46,660 nt of DNA from a virus. The stretch's first letter is position 1, and each line of letters opens with the position of its first letter. Location: the IMG/VR virus record IMGVR_UViG_3300045938_000011, positions 1-46,660 of that record, one strand, 5' to 3'. This document shows, one piece after another, positions 31,486 to 41,163 of the stretch. Both the position numbers and the translations under genes were made by a program. The notes beneath the pieces were generated by a model that saw only the letters and a program-made list of their open reading frames with translations, was not told where the DNA came from and did no database searches.

Positions 31486-32970
31486 ATGGCCGGAACCGCA
31501 ATCCTCGACAGTCGTGGCGTTCCGATGGCAGACAGCGTGACCAGCGCAATCGAAGCCGCATCGCCTGCCCATTACCTTCGGCCGCAGAACCACGCGATGG
31601 TCGGCCTGTTCGCGCCGCAACTCGCGTTTGCGGCCTATCTGGCGAGCGGGCTGTTGCAGAAGGTCATCGACATTCCTGCGGCGGATAGAGTTCGGGAATG
31701 GCGCGACTGGCAGGCCGAAAAGGACCAGATCGAAGCAATTGAGGCAGAGGAACGGCGGCTAGGGCTGCTGGCGAAGGTCAAGCAGGCTGAGGTGCTGCGT
31801 GGCATCGGTGGCGGCGCGCTGATCCTTGCGGTGCCCGGCCCAGCGAACACGGCGATCGGCAGTCTCGCCAAGGGCCAGCTACAGGCCGTCAACGTCGTGT
31901 CGCGCTGGCAGCTGTCGGGGCAGGATTATGTCGAGGAGCTGACCGACCCAGCATACGGCACGCCGCGCATGTGGAAGGTCGACAGCAAGAACGGCGGCAC
32001 CGAGGTCCACCCGTCGCGCGTCATTTGCTTCCGTGGTGATCCGCTGCCTGCTGGCTATGGCGTATCGGGCGACCAGTTGTTCTGGGGCCAATCCCGCCTT
32101 GTCCGCGTGTGGCGAGACGTTGAGCGATCGGACGAAGCGCAGGGCTGGTTCGCGGCGTTGGTCAAGAAGGCCAAGCTGTTGCGCATCGGCATTCCCGGGC
32201 TGACCGATTTCACTGGCACTCCGGGCGGACAGGCGCGGCTTGATCGTCGTATGGCTGCTATTGCGCTGGGTGAGAGCGTGCTGAATGCCACAGTGTTCGA
32301 CACCGGCAACGGCACCACGCCGGCCGAGACGATCACCGACTATCAGGTCAACTGGTCGGGCATTCCGGCGATGATGGACGCCTTCGACCAGCGTGTGGCG
32401 GCGGTCGCCGATATTCCGTTCACCCGCCTCATGGGACGATCACCGGCCGGCATGAACGCGACGGGCGAGTACGACGATCAGAACTGGAACAAGACTGTCG
32501 CGGCGGGGCAGTCGCTGGAACTGCGGCCCTGCCTAGAGGCGCTTGATCCGTATCTGCTGGCATCGGCAGGCGTGGCGACGACGCGCACCGACCCGAAGAC
32601 CAAGCGCACGATCGCGGTCACGTGGCGTTTCGCCCCGCTGTCCAAGCCTTCCGAAAAGCAGGAAGCCGACACCTTCAAGACGACCATGGAGGCGGTGACC
32701 GTGCTGAAGGACCTGAACGCCATCCCTGAGGTTGCGTTCAACAAAGGCGTGCAGAACCTGATGGCTGAGCGGGAGTACATCCCTGGCCTCGACCAAGCGC
32801 TATCCGAAATTCCCGAGGACGAACGGTTCGGGCTGACCCCCGAAGACGACGGGACGGACCCGTCTGCACTCCAAGCCGGAAAGGAAGGTGATCCGCTTCT
32901 CGCTTCGGGCGGTGAGGATGGAAGCCAAGCCGCCCGTCGTGCTGCCAATGATAAGGCAGGTGAGGAATGA
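31486..32970 (+). CDS. Portal protein (DUF1073-type)
   Basis: 494 aa, directly after terL, with an acidic C-terminus. Confidence 0.8.
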   Translation: MAGTAILDSRGVPMADSVTSAIEAASPAHYLRPQNHAMVGLFAPQLAFAAYLASGLLQKVIDIPAADRVREWRDWQAEKDQIEAIEAEERRLGLLAKVKQAEVLRGIGGGALILAVPGPANTAIGSLAKGQLQAVNVVSRWQLSGQDYVEELTDPAYGTPRMWKVDSKNGGTEVHPSRVICFRGDPLPAGYGVSGDQLFWGQSRLVRVWRDVERSDEAQGWFAALVKKAKLLRIGIPGLTDFTGTPGGQARLDRRMAAIALGESVLNATVFDTGNGTTPAETITDYQVNWSGIPAMMDAFDQRVAAVADIPFTRLMGRSPAGMNATGEYDDQNWNKTVAAGQSLELRPCLEALDPYLLASAGVATTRTDPKTKRTIAVTWRFAPLSKPSEKQEADTFKTTMEAVTVLKDLNAIPEVAFNKGVQNLMAEREYIPGLDQALSEIPEDERFGLTPEDDGTDPSALQAGKEGDPLLASGGEDGSQAARRAANDKAGEE

Positions 32971-33149
32971 CGACCGCTGACCACTGGTTCTGGCTGCTGA
33001 TCGGCATCGGTATCTTCGGCGCAGGTTTCGTGCTTGGCGGATTGACCGAACTTGGCGCTAGCATCAACGCGCTGGATCGCCGCCTGCGCCATCGCGCGCC
33101 GCCTACTGCGCCGCCGGGATCAAAACCGCCCGCCCGCCCGAGCCGCTAA
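32967..33149 (+). CDS. 60-aa single-pass membrane protein
   Basis: Track ORF containing WFWLLIGIGIFGAGFVLGGL, with ATGA and TAATG coupling to its neighbours. Confidence 0.5.
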   Translation: MTTADHWFWLLIGIGIFGAGFVLGGLTELGASINALDRRLRHRAPPTAPPGSKPPARPSR

Positions 33150-33952
33150 TGCGCTACGACCTCCGCGCCATGGTCCGCCGCGCAAAGCCGGGCCTGCGCC
33201 GCAAGAGCATCACCCTGCGTGACATTGCGCCGCCCGCGACCTTTGCATCTGACCTTTACGCATCCTCGTACCGCCCAATCGTCACCGTATGGCGCGACCG
33301 CATCCCCGCAATCATGGCGGCCTACGAACAGACGCTCTCCACCATGACGACCGACAGCCCGGCCGACGTGCAGCGCGAGATCGAGGCGGGCGAGGGCGCG
33401 TTCAGCCGCATATTTCTTGAGCTGACTGCGGGGCTGCGACGGTGGGCGTTGCGAGTCGAGCAGTGGGAGCGTGGGAAGTGGCGCGGGGCGGTCCTGTCCG
33501 CGACCGGCGTTGACGTGGGCACGCTGATCGGTGCCGAGGACGTGCGGGACACGATCGAGAACACGATCGCGCGCAACGTCGGCCTGATTAAGGACGTGTC
33601 GCAGCAGGCCCAGGGCAGGATCACGGACGCGGTGTTTCGCGGCCTGAACCAGCGCTTGCCCGCGCGCGAGGTAGCCCGCGAGATACGGCAGGCCGTCGAT
33701 ATGTCGCAGCGGCGGGCAATGGGGATCGCCAGCCACCAGCTTTCGGACATCGCGAACCGCTTGGCCGACGAGCGGCGGCGGGAAGCGGGGCTGGACACCT
33801 GGATGTGGATCCACTCGGCGAAGAAGCACCCGCGCGCCGAGCATCTTGCCCGCAACGGCAAGGAATATACGGACGAGACTGCGCCGGCAGATAGACCGGG
33901 TAGCCTGCCGTTCTGCGGATGCAGGTCGCGCGCGGTGCTGGTGTTCGATTAG
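33149..33952 (+). CDS. Head morphogenesis protein (Mu F / SPP1 gp7 family)
   Basis: WMWIHSAKKHPRAEHLARNGKEY and the C-terminal CGCR are typical of this family. Confidence 0.75.
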   Translation: MRYDLRAMVRRAKPGLRRKSITLRDIAPPATFASDLYASSYRPIVTVWRDRIPAIMAAYEQTLSTMTTDSPADVQREIEAGEGAFSRIFLELTAGLRRWALRVEQWERGKWRGAVLSATGVDVGTLIGAEDVRDTIENTIARNVGLIKDVSQQAQGRITDAVFRGLNQRLPAREVAREIRQAVDMSQRRAMGIASHQLSDIANRLADERRREAGLDTWMWIHSAKKHPRAEHLARNGKEYTDETAPADRPGSLPFCGCRSRAVLVFD

Positions 33953-34114
33953 GGTAAACCCTGACACACCACCCCGCCTGAGACACTCAGACCGTTCAAT
34001 CAGGGTCCATTCCGCCCAAATCGAACACATCCGCCGCACGGTCTAGAGCCTGATCGAACACTTTCTGGACTGGCGGCGGTAATCGCCCTACGCGCGCCCG
34101 CATAGCCATGCCAA

Positions 34115-35203
34115 ATGGCGATGTTCCAAGACGCTCTGACGCTTGATGGCCCGCGACGCGACGGTTCGGGCAACATGGTCGCGTCAGTGCTTTGCGCGCG
34201 CACCGGGTTGCAGGACTATGCCGGCTACGAGGTCGGCAAGCCTGAGATGGCGCGGGTCGTCGTGTACCGCCCGCCCGAAGAAGTGTTCAACCGCGACAGT
34301 ATGCGGTCGTTCGCCGGCGCGCCGGTCACGATCGAACACCCGGCCCAGCAGGTCACCCCCGCGAACTGGAAAGACCACGCGGTCGGCGAAACGGCATCCG
34401 ACGACATCGTAAAGGACGGGGAAGCGATCCGCGTCCCGTTCCTGCTGCGCGATGCCGCCGCGATCGAAGCTGTGCTGGCTGGCAAGCGCGAAGTCTCGAT
34501 GGGCTACGACTGCTCGCTCGACTGGACGCCCGGCAAGCTGGCCGATGGCACGCCCTACGACGCCGTGCAGCGCGGCATCCGCATCAATCATCTTGCCATC
34601 GTCGACAAGGCGCGTGGCGGACCAACCCTCCGTATTGGGGACAAGGAGCCTTCCATGAAGATCAAGATCGGCGACGCCGAAGTCGAAGTGACGGACGGTG
34701 CAGCCGTCGCGGTCGCGGTCGGTAGCCTCAACGCCAAGCTGGCGGACGCGGAAACGAAGGTCGGCACGCTGACCGGCGAGAACGCGACCCTCAAGACGGC
34801 GGTCGAAACGAAGGACGGCGAGATCGCCGCGCTGACCCAGAAGGTCAAGGACGCGGAAGTCACGCCGGCCAAGCTCCAGCAGATGGCCGATGCGCGCGCG
34901 CAGGTCATCGGCAAGGCGAAGGCTCTGGCACCGTCGATCACGACCGATGGCAAGGCCGACGCCGACATCCGCAAGGAAGCCGTCACCGCCAAGCTCGGCG
35001 ATGCTGCTACCGGCATGTCGGACGCTGCGATCGAGGGCGCATTCACCGCGCTGACCAAAGACGCCAAGCCTGCCGCCGACACCGTGCAGCCGATCGGCGC
35101 TCCGGTGAACGTCGGCGATGCCGCCAAGCAGATGACCGACGCCTGGACGGCGGCGAACGACCACAACGCATGGCGCACCGCCGGCGCAGGCAAGGGGAAC
35201 TGA
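34115..35203 (+). CDS. Scaffold / prohead-processing protein (DUF2213-like)
   Basis: GLQDYAGYEVGKPEMARVVVYRPPEEVFNRDSMRSFAGAPVTIEHP. The C-terminal half is a low-complexity Ala/Lys/Asp-rich helix. Confidence 0.7.
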   Translation: MAMFQDALTLDGPRRDGSGNMVASVLCARTGLQDYAGYEVGKPEMARVVVYRPPEEVFNRDSMRSFAGAPVTIEHPAQQVTPANWKDHAVGETASDDIVKDGEAIRVPFLLRDAAAIEAVLAGKREVSMGYDCSLDWTPGKLADGTPYDAVQRGIRINHLAIVDKARGGPTLRIGDKEPSMKIKIGDAEVEVTDGAAVAVAVGSLNAKLADAETKVGTLTGENATLKTAVETKDGEIAALTQKVKDAEVTPAKLQQMADARAQVIGKAKALAPSITTDGKADADIRKEAVTAKLGDAATGMSDAAIEGAFTALTKDAKPAADTVQPIGAPVNVGDAAKQMTDAWTAANDHNAWRTAGAGKGN

Positions 35204-35206
35204 GCC

Positions 35207-35668
35207 ATGGCATATCAGACGACCTACGATCAGAACCAGGCGCCGGGCTATCCCGGCCTGCTGGCGAACATGGAGGAGTGGAACGGGATCACCCGAACCG
35301 CTTCGACCACGATCGCGTTCGGCGCACCAGTTCAGCGCAATGGCGACCGTGGCTGCGCGCCACTCGCTTCGGGCGGTGAATTCATCGGCATCGCCCGCGC
35401 TCGGCATTTCTCGCATATGGGCGGGGGCACCAGCGACGGCTATGCGACCGGCGATAACGTCGCTGCGCTCGACGCGGGCGTCGTGTGGGCGCTGGCCGAT
35501 GCCGCGATCACCGTGGGTGCTGCCCTCAACTTCAACACGGCAACCGGCCGCTACACCACTGCTGCCACGAGCGGCACGGTGATCGCAGTCCCCGGCGCCG
35601 AAGCCGACACCACCGCGACGGGTGCCGGATCGCTGTTCAAGGTGCGGCTGCGCCGCATCCCGTCGTAA
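35207..35668 (+). CDS. Small head protein (DUF2190-like, decoration/cement position)
   Basis: 153 aa, lying between the scaffold and major capsid genes. Confidence 0.55.
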   Translation: MAYQTTYDQNQAPGYPGLLANMEEWNGITRTASTTIAFGAPVQRNGDRGCAPLASGGEFIGIARARHFSHMGGGTSDGYATGDNVAALDAGVVWALADAAITVGAALNFNTATGRYTTAATSGTVIAVPGAEADTTATGAGSLFKVRLRRIPS

Positions 35669-35680
35669 GGAGGGGGTTTC

Positions 35681-36649
35681 ATGTACGCTCTTACCAATGA
35701 CGCCCAGACTGCGGCGCTCAATTTCGTGGTCAATCAGTCCTATACCGTCAACGCGACGGCCTATGCGACGGCGTTCCCGGACCTCGACTTTGGTCGCCTG
35801 GTCTATGTCGACACCAGCGCCCCGGAATTCACGCCCGGCGTCGTCACCTTCCTGTCGTCGTCGGTCGGTCGGGCTGAGTGGTTCACCGCCGCCGCCAAGG
35901 ACGTGCCGCGCGCCGATGTGACGCGCGACAAGAACGAGGTGAAGATCCACATGGCGGCTGTCGGCTACGGCTACGACAGCGAGGAAATCGGAACTGCCCA
36001 GCTGATCGGCCAGAACCTGACCGCCGACAAGGCGCTGGCCGCCCGCCGTGCCTATGTCGAATTCATGTGGCGCGTGACCCTCCAGGGCGACAGCGACAAG
36101 GGCCTGCAAGGGCTGGCGACGTCGACCAACGTCACGTCGGCTCCGGTCGCTGCCAATGGCACCGGCACGCCGACCACGCTGTGGTTCGCGGCGGATGGCA
36201 CGCAGACCAAGACTGCTGCCCAGATCGTCGCAGACATCAACGGTGGCCTGACCGGCGTCTATACCGGGTCGCGAACGGTCGAAATGGCCGACACGGTGCT
36301 GCTGCCCTATTCGACGATTGCGCAGCTGGCCTCGACGCCGCTCACCTCGACGAACAGCGAGACGATCCTGTCGTTCATCCTGCGCACCAATATCTATACG
36401 CAGATGACCGGGCGGCCGCTGACGATTCGCGGTGAGCTGGGCCTGGAGACGCTCGGGCCGAGCAGCACGAAGCTGATGGTCATCTATGCGAACCGGCAGG
36501 ACGTGGTGAAGCTGCATCTGCCGATGCCGCATCGCTTCATGCCCGTCTGGCAGGATGGCCCGATGAGCTTCCAGATTCCCGGCGCATTCCGCACCGGCGG
36601 CGTCGAGGTCATCCGGCCCGGCGCGTTCCGCTACCTGTACGGGTTCTAA
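35681..36649 (+). CDS. Major capsid protein (DUF2184-like)
   Basis: 322 aa with a strong GGAGGGGG SD. The position and the N-terminal ALNFVVNQSYTVN...LDFGRLVYVD support the call. Confidence 0.8.
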   Translation: MYALTNDAQTAALNFVVNQSYTVNATAYATAFPDLDFGRLVYVDTSAPEFTPGVVTFLSSSVGRAEWFTAAAKDVPRADVTRDKNEVKIHMAAVGYGYDSEEIGTAQLIGQNLTADKALAARRAYVEFMWRVTLQGDSDKGLQGLATSTNVTSAPVAANGTGTPTTLWFAADGTQTKTAAQIVADINGGLTGVYTGSRTVEMADTVLLPYSTIAQLASTPLTSTNSETILSFILRTNIYTQMTGRPLTIRGELGLETLGPSSTKLMVIYANRQDVVKLHLPMPHRFMPVWQDGPMSFQIPGAFRTGGVEVIRPGAFRYLYGF

Positions 36650-36652
36650 GCC

Positions 36653-37006
36653 ATGGCCGACATCATCCGCACCGACGCCACCAACACCAGCGCTGGCCCG
36701 CACATGCTCAACGCGATCCCCCCGGTTCGTGTCGAGGCGGGCCAGTCCGTGCAGGACGTTGAGATCGCCAAGGCGGAATACGAAAGCGCCAAGCGGTTCG
36801 GCATCTTCACGTTCAGCCATGACGGCGGGAAGCAGGCTGAACCCGTCCCGCTCGACGGCAGCGTGGACGAGCTGACCAAGTATCTCGACACGATCGACGA
36901 TGCCGACGAGGTGCAGAAGCTGATCGACGCCGAGACGGCGGGCAAGTCGCGCAAGGGTGCGATTGCCGCTCTCGAAGCTCGCCGCGACGCCATCCTCGAC
37001 GCCTGA
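36653..37006 (+). CDS. Hypothetical acidic head-associated protein, 117 aa
   Basis: Track ORF, followed by a terminator. Confidence 0.6.
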   Translation: MADIIRTDATNTSAGPHMLNAIPPVRVEAGQSVQDVEIAKAEYESAKRFGIFTFSHDGGKQAEPVPLDGSVDELTKYLDTIDDADEVQKLIDAETAGKSRKGAIAALEARRDAILDA

Positions 37007-37029
37007 CCTGACCAATCTCCCTGAGCCTC

Positions 37030-37059
37030 GGGCCGCTGCTTTCGGGTGGCGGCCCTTTT
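37030..37059 (+). terminator. Rho-independent terminator after the capsid block
   Basis: GGGCCGC (37030-37036) pairs with GCGGCCC (37049-37055), followed by TTTT. Confidence 0.65.
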
Positions 37060-37075
37060 CGTAAGGAGCGTACCC

Positions 37076-37693
37076 ATGGCCGGGATCGACAAAAACCAGC
37101 TTTACCGCGACAGTGCCGGTTTCCTTTTCGACCGGCCCGACGATGGCCCCTTGCAGAGTCTCACCGCCGCCGTCGCCACCAAGGCAGACGCCAGCGCGAT
37201 CCCTCAGCCCGCAGCCATCACCCCACACCCGGAAAAGACGGGCGGGGCGAAGGGTAGCGAGCCGACGCGGTTCGCGTTGGAGGATCACCAGCACCCGCGT
37301 CTGACCAGCACGACCTACGCCTCGCTGGCTGCGGATGGCACGGCCACGGTGGCTTTCACCCGGACCTTCATCAATCAACCGGGCGTCAATATGACCGAGG
37401 TCGATGCGGCCGGGAAGCAACCGCTCGTCTGCTCGGTGCAGTCTTGGGTTCGCGAGACGATGACGCCCACGCCTACCGGGGCCTATATCGGCTGCGTAAT
37501 CAAAGGGCAGCGCGCACAGATGCTGCCGACGATCAACCCGCTCTCTGGTACGCTGACGCTGGTGTCGACGCTCCTGCAAGGTGTGAACTCGGTCTTCGCC
37601 CAGCTTACCGGCTACAACATTTTCGGCGGCTCCGCTGCCGGTGCATCGGTGTCGATCATCGCCGTGGCCCGCAGCGACGTTCCAGCCACCTAG
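37076..37693 (+). CDS. Hypothetical virion protein, 205 aa
   Basis: ATG after TAAGGAG, in the frame of track ORF 37046..37693. Confidence 0.6.
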   Translation: MAGIDKNQLYRDSAGFLFDRPDDGPLQSLTAAVATKADASAIPQPAAITPHPEKTGGAKGSEPTRFALEDHQHPRLTSTTYASLAADGTATVAFTRTFINQPGVNMTEVDAAGKQPLVCSVQSWVRETMTPTPTGAYIGCVIKGQRAQMLPTINPLSGTLTLVSTLLQGVNSVFAQLTGYNIFGGSAAGASVSIIAVARSDVPAT

Positions 37694-37753
37694 CGGCGGT
37701 AATCCCACCGCCCCTCACCCCGCATCGTCCGCGAAAATCGCGCGAGGACCGTC

Positions 37754-39988
37754 ATGCCGCTGAACCCCCTTACCCTGAACGTCAACAGCGGCATCGTGGG
37801 CCGCCCGTTCTCCGCTACCGTGTCGGGGCTGTCGGCAGGGTCAACGCTTGAGGTCGGAATCGACGGCACGCCGGGGTTCAGTACGGTCAACGGACGGGTG
37901 TTCAGCCAGTCGCTGCCGTATCAGGTCAATACGCTGGTCTTGCGCGAGACGCTGCCGGGCGAGGGGGTTCGCGATAGCCGGATCGATATTGTCGCGGATG
38001 GGGTGGCTCTGGGACTGGGCGGGCTGCCGGCTGCGCTGACCTCACTGGGGCTGCCGGGGGGTGGCGACACGATCGAGACGACCACGAACAGCCGCCTGTT
38101 CGCTGTGCGCAATCGCACGCCGGAGGATCACAAGCAGTTCGTAAGCTGGCTCGGTGCGCCGGTCGACATGGCGCTCCAATTCGCCGAAGACAACAACGGT
38201 GAATCAACCTGGGCACAGAATCTCCAGATCGTCGAAAAGACAATTTCCGATTGGGCCGGAATTGACGTTCGGCATGAGTGGGCATTCCCGCTGTGCTCCA
38301 AGACTGAGCCGATGGCAGATACTATCGCAGGGAAGTACGACACGATCATCCGCCGGATGTTTGAGCGGATCGCGGCTTCCGACCGGCATAATTTGATCTG
38401 GATCCGACCGGGCTGGGAGGCGAATAACCCGACGGCCTACCCGTGGACATTCTCGGGGATCGTCAACGGCGTACAGGGCACTCCGGCAGCCTTTATCGCT
38501 GCGTACCGCCGCGTGGTCGATATCGCGCGCAGCGTATCCAATCGCTTCCGCTTCTCGTGGATTCTATTGCCTTCGACCAAGGGTCCGGACGGCGTGACTG
38601 TCGTTGACCCGACGCCAGCTTACCCTGGCGACGCGTATCTCGACGATGGCGGGATGGATTTCTACGCAGACGGAACCCAGGAGCTTGGGACCAAGACGCC
38701 GACGCAGCTGCTGAGCGGCAAGCTCAATGCTGAATTCGGTCCCGTGTGGGCGGTCAGCTATTTCGCTTCCAAGGGAAAGTCTGTGTCGTTCCCCGAAAGC
38801 GGCCAGAGCTTCGACAGCGGCTCCTACTTCAACGGATGGATGGCGTTCATCCGTACGATCACGAACCTTTCGCGGTGGGGCTACTACAACGTCAACCGTA
38901 ACGCGCAGTTCGCGTGCCGGGTATCGTATAATGAGAAGCCGGAGCTGGCGACCGCCTTCCTCAATCAGCTTGGCCCGCTGTCGATCCTGACGCCGACGAC
39001 GTTCAGCGCGCCCACCGGCTCAGCCTTCTCAGCCAAACTGGAAGCGAACCGGGCCGTGGCGTTTGAGTTCGGCGGCGCATACGGGGCGTTCAATATCATC
39101 ACTGCCAGCGATAATCGGACGGTCCAGCTGGTATCGGCCGCACAGTCCGCAGGCGCGCAGTCGGTCACGGTTCGCGCTCGCGACGATCGCGGCATGACGG
39201 CGACAAAGACTCTTGCCGTGGCCTTCGCGGCCGGAGCGACGCAGCCGGAGACGCAATTCTATCTCAACCGCGTGGCCAGCGCGCAGCCGGCCGGATATCA
39301 GACGGCGCTGAACAACCTGGTCGCTGGGCTGAAATCTAACGGCTTGTGGCCGCTGCTGGACCGCATGTGGCTGCTTCAGAACACCGACGCAGGCCTGGCG
39401 GTGTGCGACCTCATGTCGATCCGGCACGCCGGCACGCTAGTCGGCACCACGACCTTCACGCCGAAGGTAGGCATTCGGTCGGACGGCACGTCGGGCTACA
39501 TGGATACCAATTTCCAGCCCTCGCTTCTCAACCATCGGTACGCACAGAACGACTTCCATTTCGGCCTATGGTCGAATTCCAGCCTTTCGCGCGCGGGCAA
39601 TGCGGACGCGTTCGAGTTCGGCGCTGGAGGTACGGTCAGCATGTTCCGCGTGTCGAACGGAAACATTGCGGGCCGGGTCGGCACCACGAATGCAGCCGCG
39701 ACGCTTGCCGGCGCTGGCTGGGACGGACATACGATGGCTGTCCGCACCGGGTCGGCGGCATGGCGGTCGTATCGAAAGGGCGCGCCGGCGCTGACTGGCA
39801 CCGACACCAGCACGACGCCACCGTTCGAAACGCTGAAGGTGCTGGCCGCGCAGATCGCCAATGCGCAGTATGGTGCGAATGACATTGCCATCGCGCACTT
39901 CGGCTCGGGTGCGGGCTGGACCGACGCCAACGTAGCGACGTTCCACGGCTTGCTCCAAGGGTACCGGAACGCGGTGTTTGCGCTGTGA
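37754..39988 (+). CDS. 744-aa virion-associated glycoside-hydrolase-like protein (clan GH-A TIM-barrel motifs) with a C-terminal lectin/LamG-like domain
   Basis: NLIWIRPGWEANNP is acid/base-like, and KSVSFPESGQ is nucleophile-like with roughly the right spacing. The C-terminal 250 aa are rich in G, T, S and N beta-type sequence. Confidence 0.5.
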   Translation: MPLNPLTLNVNSGIVGRPFSATVSGLSAGSTLEVGIDGTPGFSTVNGRVFSQSLPYQVNTLVLRETLPGEGVRDSRIDIVADGVALGLGGLPAALTSLGLPGGGDTIETTTNSRLFAVRNRTPEDHKQFVSWLGAPVDMALQFAEDNNGESTWAQNLQIVEKTISDWAGIDVRHEWAFPLCSKTEPMADTIAGKYDTIIRRMFERIAASDRHNLIWIRPGWEANNPTAYPWTFSGIVNGVQGTPAAFIAAYRRVVDIARSVSNRFRFSWILLPSTKGPDGVTVVDPTPAYPGDAYLDDGGMDFYADGTQELGTKTPTQLLSGKLNAEFGPVWAVSYFASKGKSVSFPESGQSFDSGSYFNGWMAFIRTITNLSRWGYYNVNRNAQFACRVSYNEKPELATAFLNQLGPLSILTPTTFSAPTGSAFSAKLEANRAVAFEFGGAYGAFNIITASDNRTVQLVSAAQSAGAQSVTVRARDDRGMTATKTLAVAFAAGATQPETQFYLNRVASAQPAGYQTALNNLVAGLKSNGLWPLLDRMWLLQNTDAGLAVCDLMSIRHAGTLVGTTTFTPKVGIRSDGTSGYMDTNFQPSLLNHRYAQNDFHFGLWSNSSLSRAGNADAFEFGAGGTVSMFRVSNGNIAGRVGTTNAAATLAGAGWDGHTMAVRTGSAAWRSYRKGAPALTGTDTSTTPPFETLKVLAAQIANAQYGANDIAIAHFGSGAGWTDANVATFHGLLQGYRNAVFAL

Positions 39989-40377
39989 CACCCCCGACCC
40001 CCGCCGACCTGAAATCGCGCTGGCCGGAGTTCGCCCCGGTCGACGACGCCCGCGTGCAATACTGGCTAACCGATGCCGCGCGCACGGTGACGACGGATTG
40101 GCTGAAGGCGGACTATGCGGTCGGGCTGATGACACTGGCCGCGCATGAGATGGTCGTGAATGGGGAGCTGGGGGCTGCGGATCAGATCGGCGGCCTGCTC
40201 GCAAAGGGCATTACGGACTTTCGGTCGGCCAGCTTCTCGGCCAGCTTCGACGCGTCCGTTGCGCAGCGTGCGGCGGCTGGCGGCTATGCTTCGACCAAGT
40301 ATGGCGAGGCATTCGCGGTTATGCTCCGGCGAAACCGGGGCGGCCCCCGGCTCGTCGGCTATCCGGCGTATTGCTGA
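39985..40377 (+). CDS. Head-tail connector (DUF4054-like)
   Basis: ADLKSRWPEFAPVDDARVQYWLTDA. GTGA overlap with the previous stop. Confidence 0.65.
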   Translation: MTPPTPADLKSRWPEFAPVDDARVQYWLTDAARTVTTDWLKADYAVGLMTLAAHEMVVNGELGAADQIGGLLAKGITDFRSASFSASFDASVAQRAAAGGYASTKYGEAFAVMLRRNRGGPRLVGYPAYC

Positions 40378-40751
40378 TGTTCGCCGCTGCCTTCGCCCAA
40401 CTCGCGGCCGGCTTCTCGGGTGATGATGGCCCGTTCTTTCCGGCGATCGTGCGAACCGAGACGCCGCCTGTCATCGATGCTGGCGGGTCGATCGTCACGC
40501 CGGGTGAGGCGGTTGAGCGCACCTGCATGGCGCAGGTTGACGCGGTAACGGACGCGATGCGGCTACAGGATGGATTCACGCAGAAAGACGTGCGGTTGCT
40601 GGTCCTGTCCGCCACGCTGGCTGGCTCGCTAGACACCACGGCGCGGGTTGAGGTCACCGCTGGGCCGAACGCGGGGGTGTATTCGGTGCAATCCGTCGCG
40701 CGCGATCCGGTGGGCGTGGGCTGGGACTGTCGGGCGCGCAAGGATGCCTAA
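40377..40751 (+). CDS. Head-tail adaptor candidate, 124 aa
   Basis: The ATG overlaps the previous TGA (TGATG), in the frame of track ORF 40371..40751. Confidence 0.55.
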   Translation: MFAAAFAQLAAGFSGDDGPFFPAIVRTETPPVIDAGGSIVTPGEAVERTCMAQVDAVTDAMRLQDGFTQKDVRLLVLSATLAGSLDTTARVEVTAGPNAGVYSVQSVARDPVGVGWDCRARKDA

Positions 40752-41163
40752 GGTCACGGGGCAGCGTCAGGCCGTGGCGGGGATTCTCGCAACGGGCGCC
40801 AATGGCACGCGGAATGTGGGCAAGGCACTGTTCCGAGCGGCGGAGTATCTCGCTGTAGAAGCGCAGAACTCTATCACCGCCGGCTCTCAGTCCGGCAAAG
40901 GGCACGTAGCGTCGCTGCCTGGTGAGCCGCCCAACAACGATACCAGCGTCCTCGCGAACAACATTGAAGCGGTTCAAGTCAGCAACGAAAAGTCGGTCGT
41001 ATCCAGTGACGCGCCTTACGCGGCTGCGTTGGAGTTCGGCACTTCCAAAATGGCTGCTCGTCCGTACATGAAGCCGGCACTTGAGCGAACGAAGCCGATC
41101 CTGCGCGAATACGTGGCAAGGGCTGTAGCCGCGGGAAAGAAGGGCCAAGATGGCACGCGATAG
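40744..41163 (+). CDS. HK97 gp10-like neck / tail-completion protein
   Basis: Start at MPKVTGQRQ, in the frame of track ORF 40648..41163. Contains APYAAALEFGTSKMAARPYMKPAL. Confidence 0.7.
   Translation: MPKVTGQRQAVAGILATGANGTRNVGKALFRAAEYLAVEAQNSITAGSQSGKGHVASLPGEPPNNDTSVLANNIEAVQVSNEKSVVSSDAPYAAALEFGTSKMAARPYMKPALERTKPILREYVARAVAAGKKGQDGTR

Noticed and set aside
34184-37708. 1174-aa minus-strand ORF, the longest in the window
   Set aside because: It lies exactly antisense to five well-supported, co-phased head genes. Its translation is low-complexity and rich in R, G, D and A, and it has no SD. Long stop-free antisense frames are expected in high-GC DNA with strong GC3 bias.
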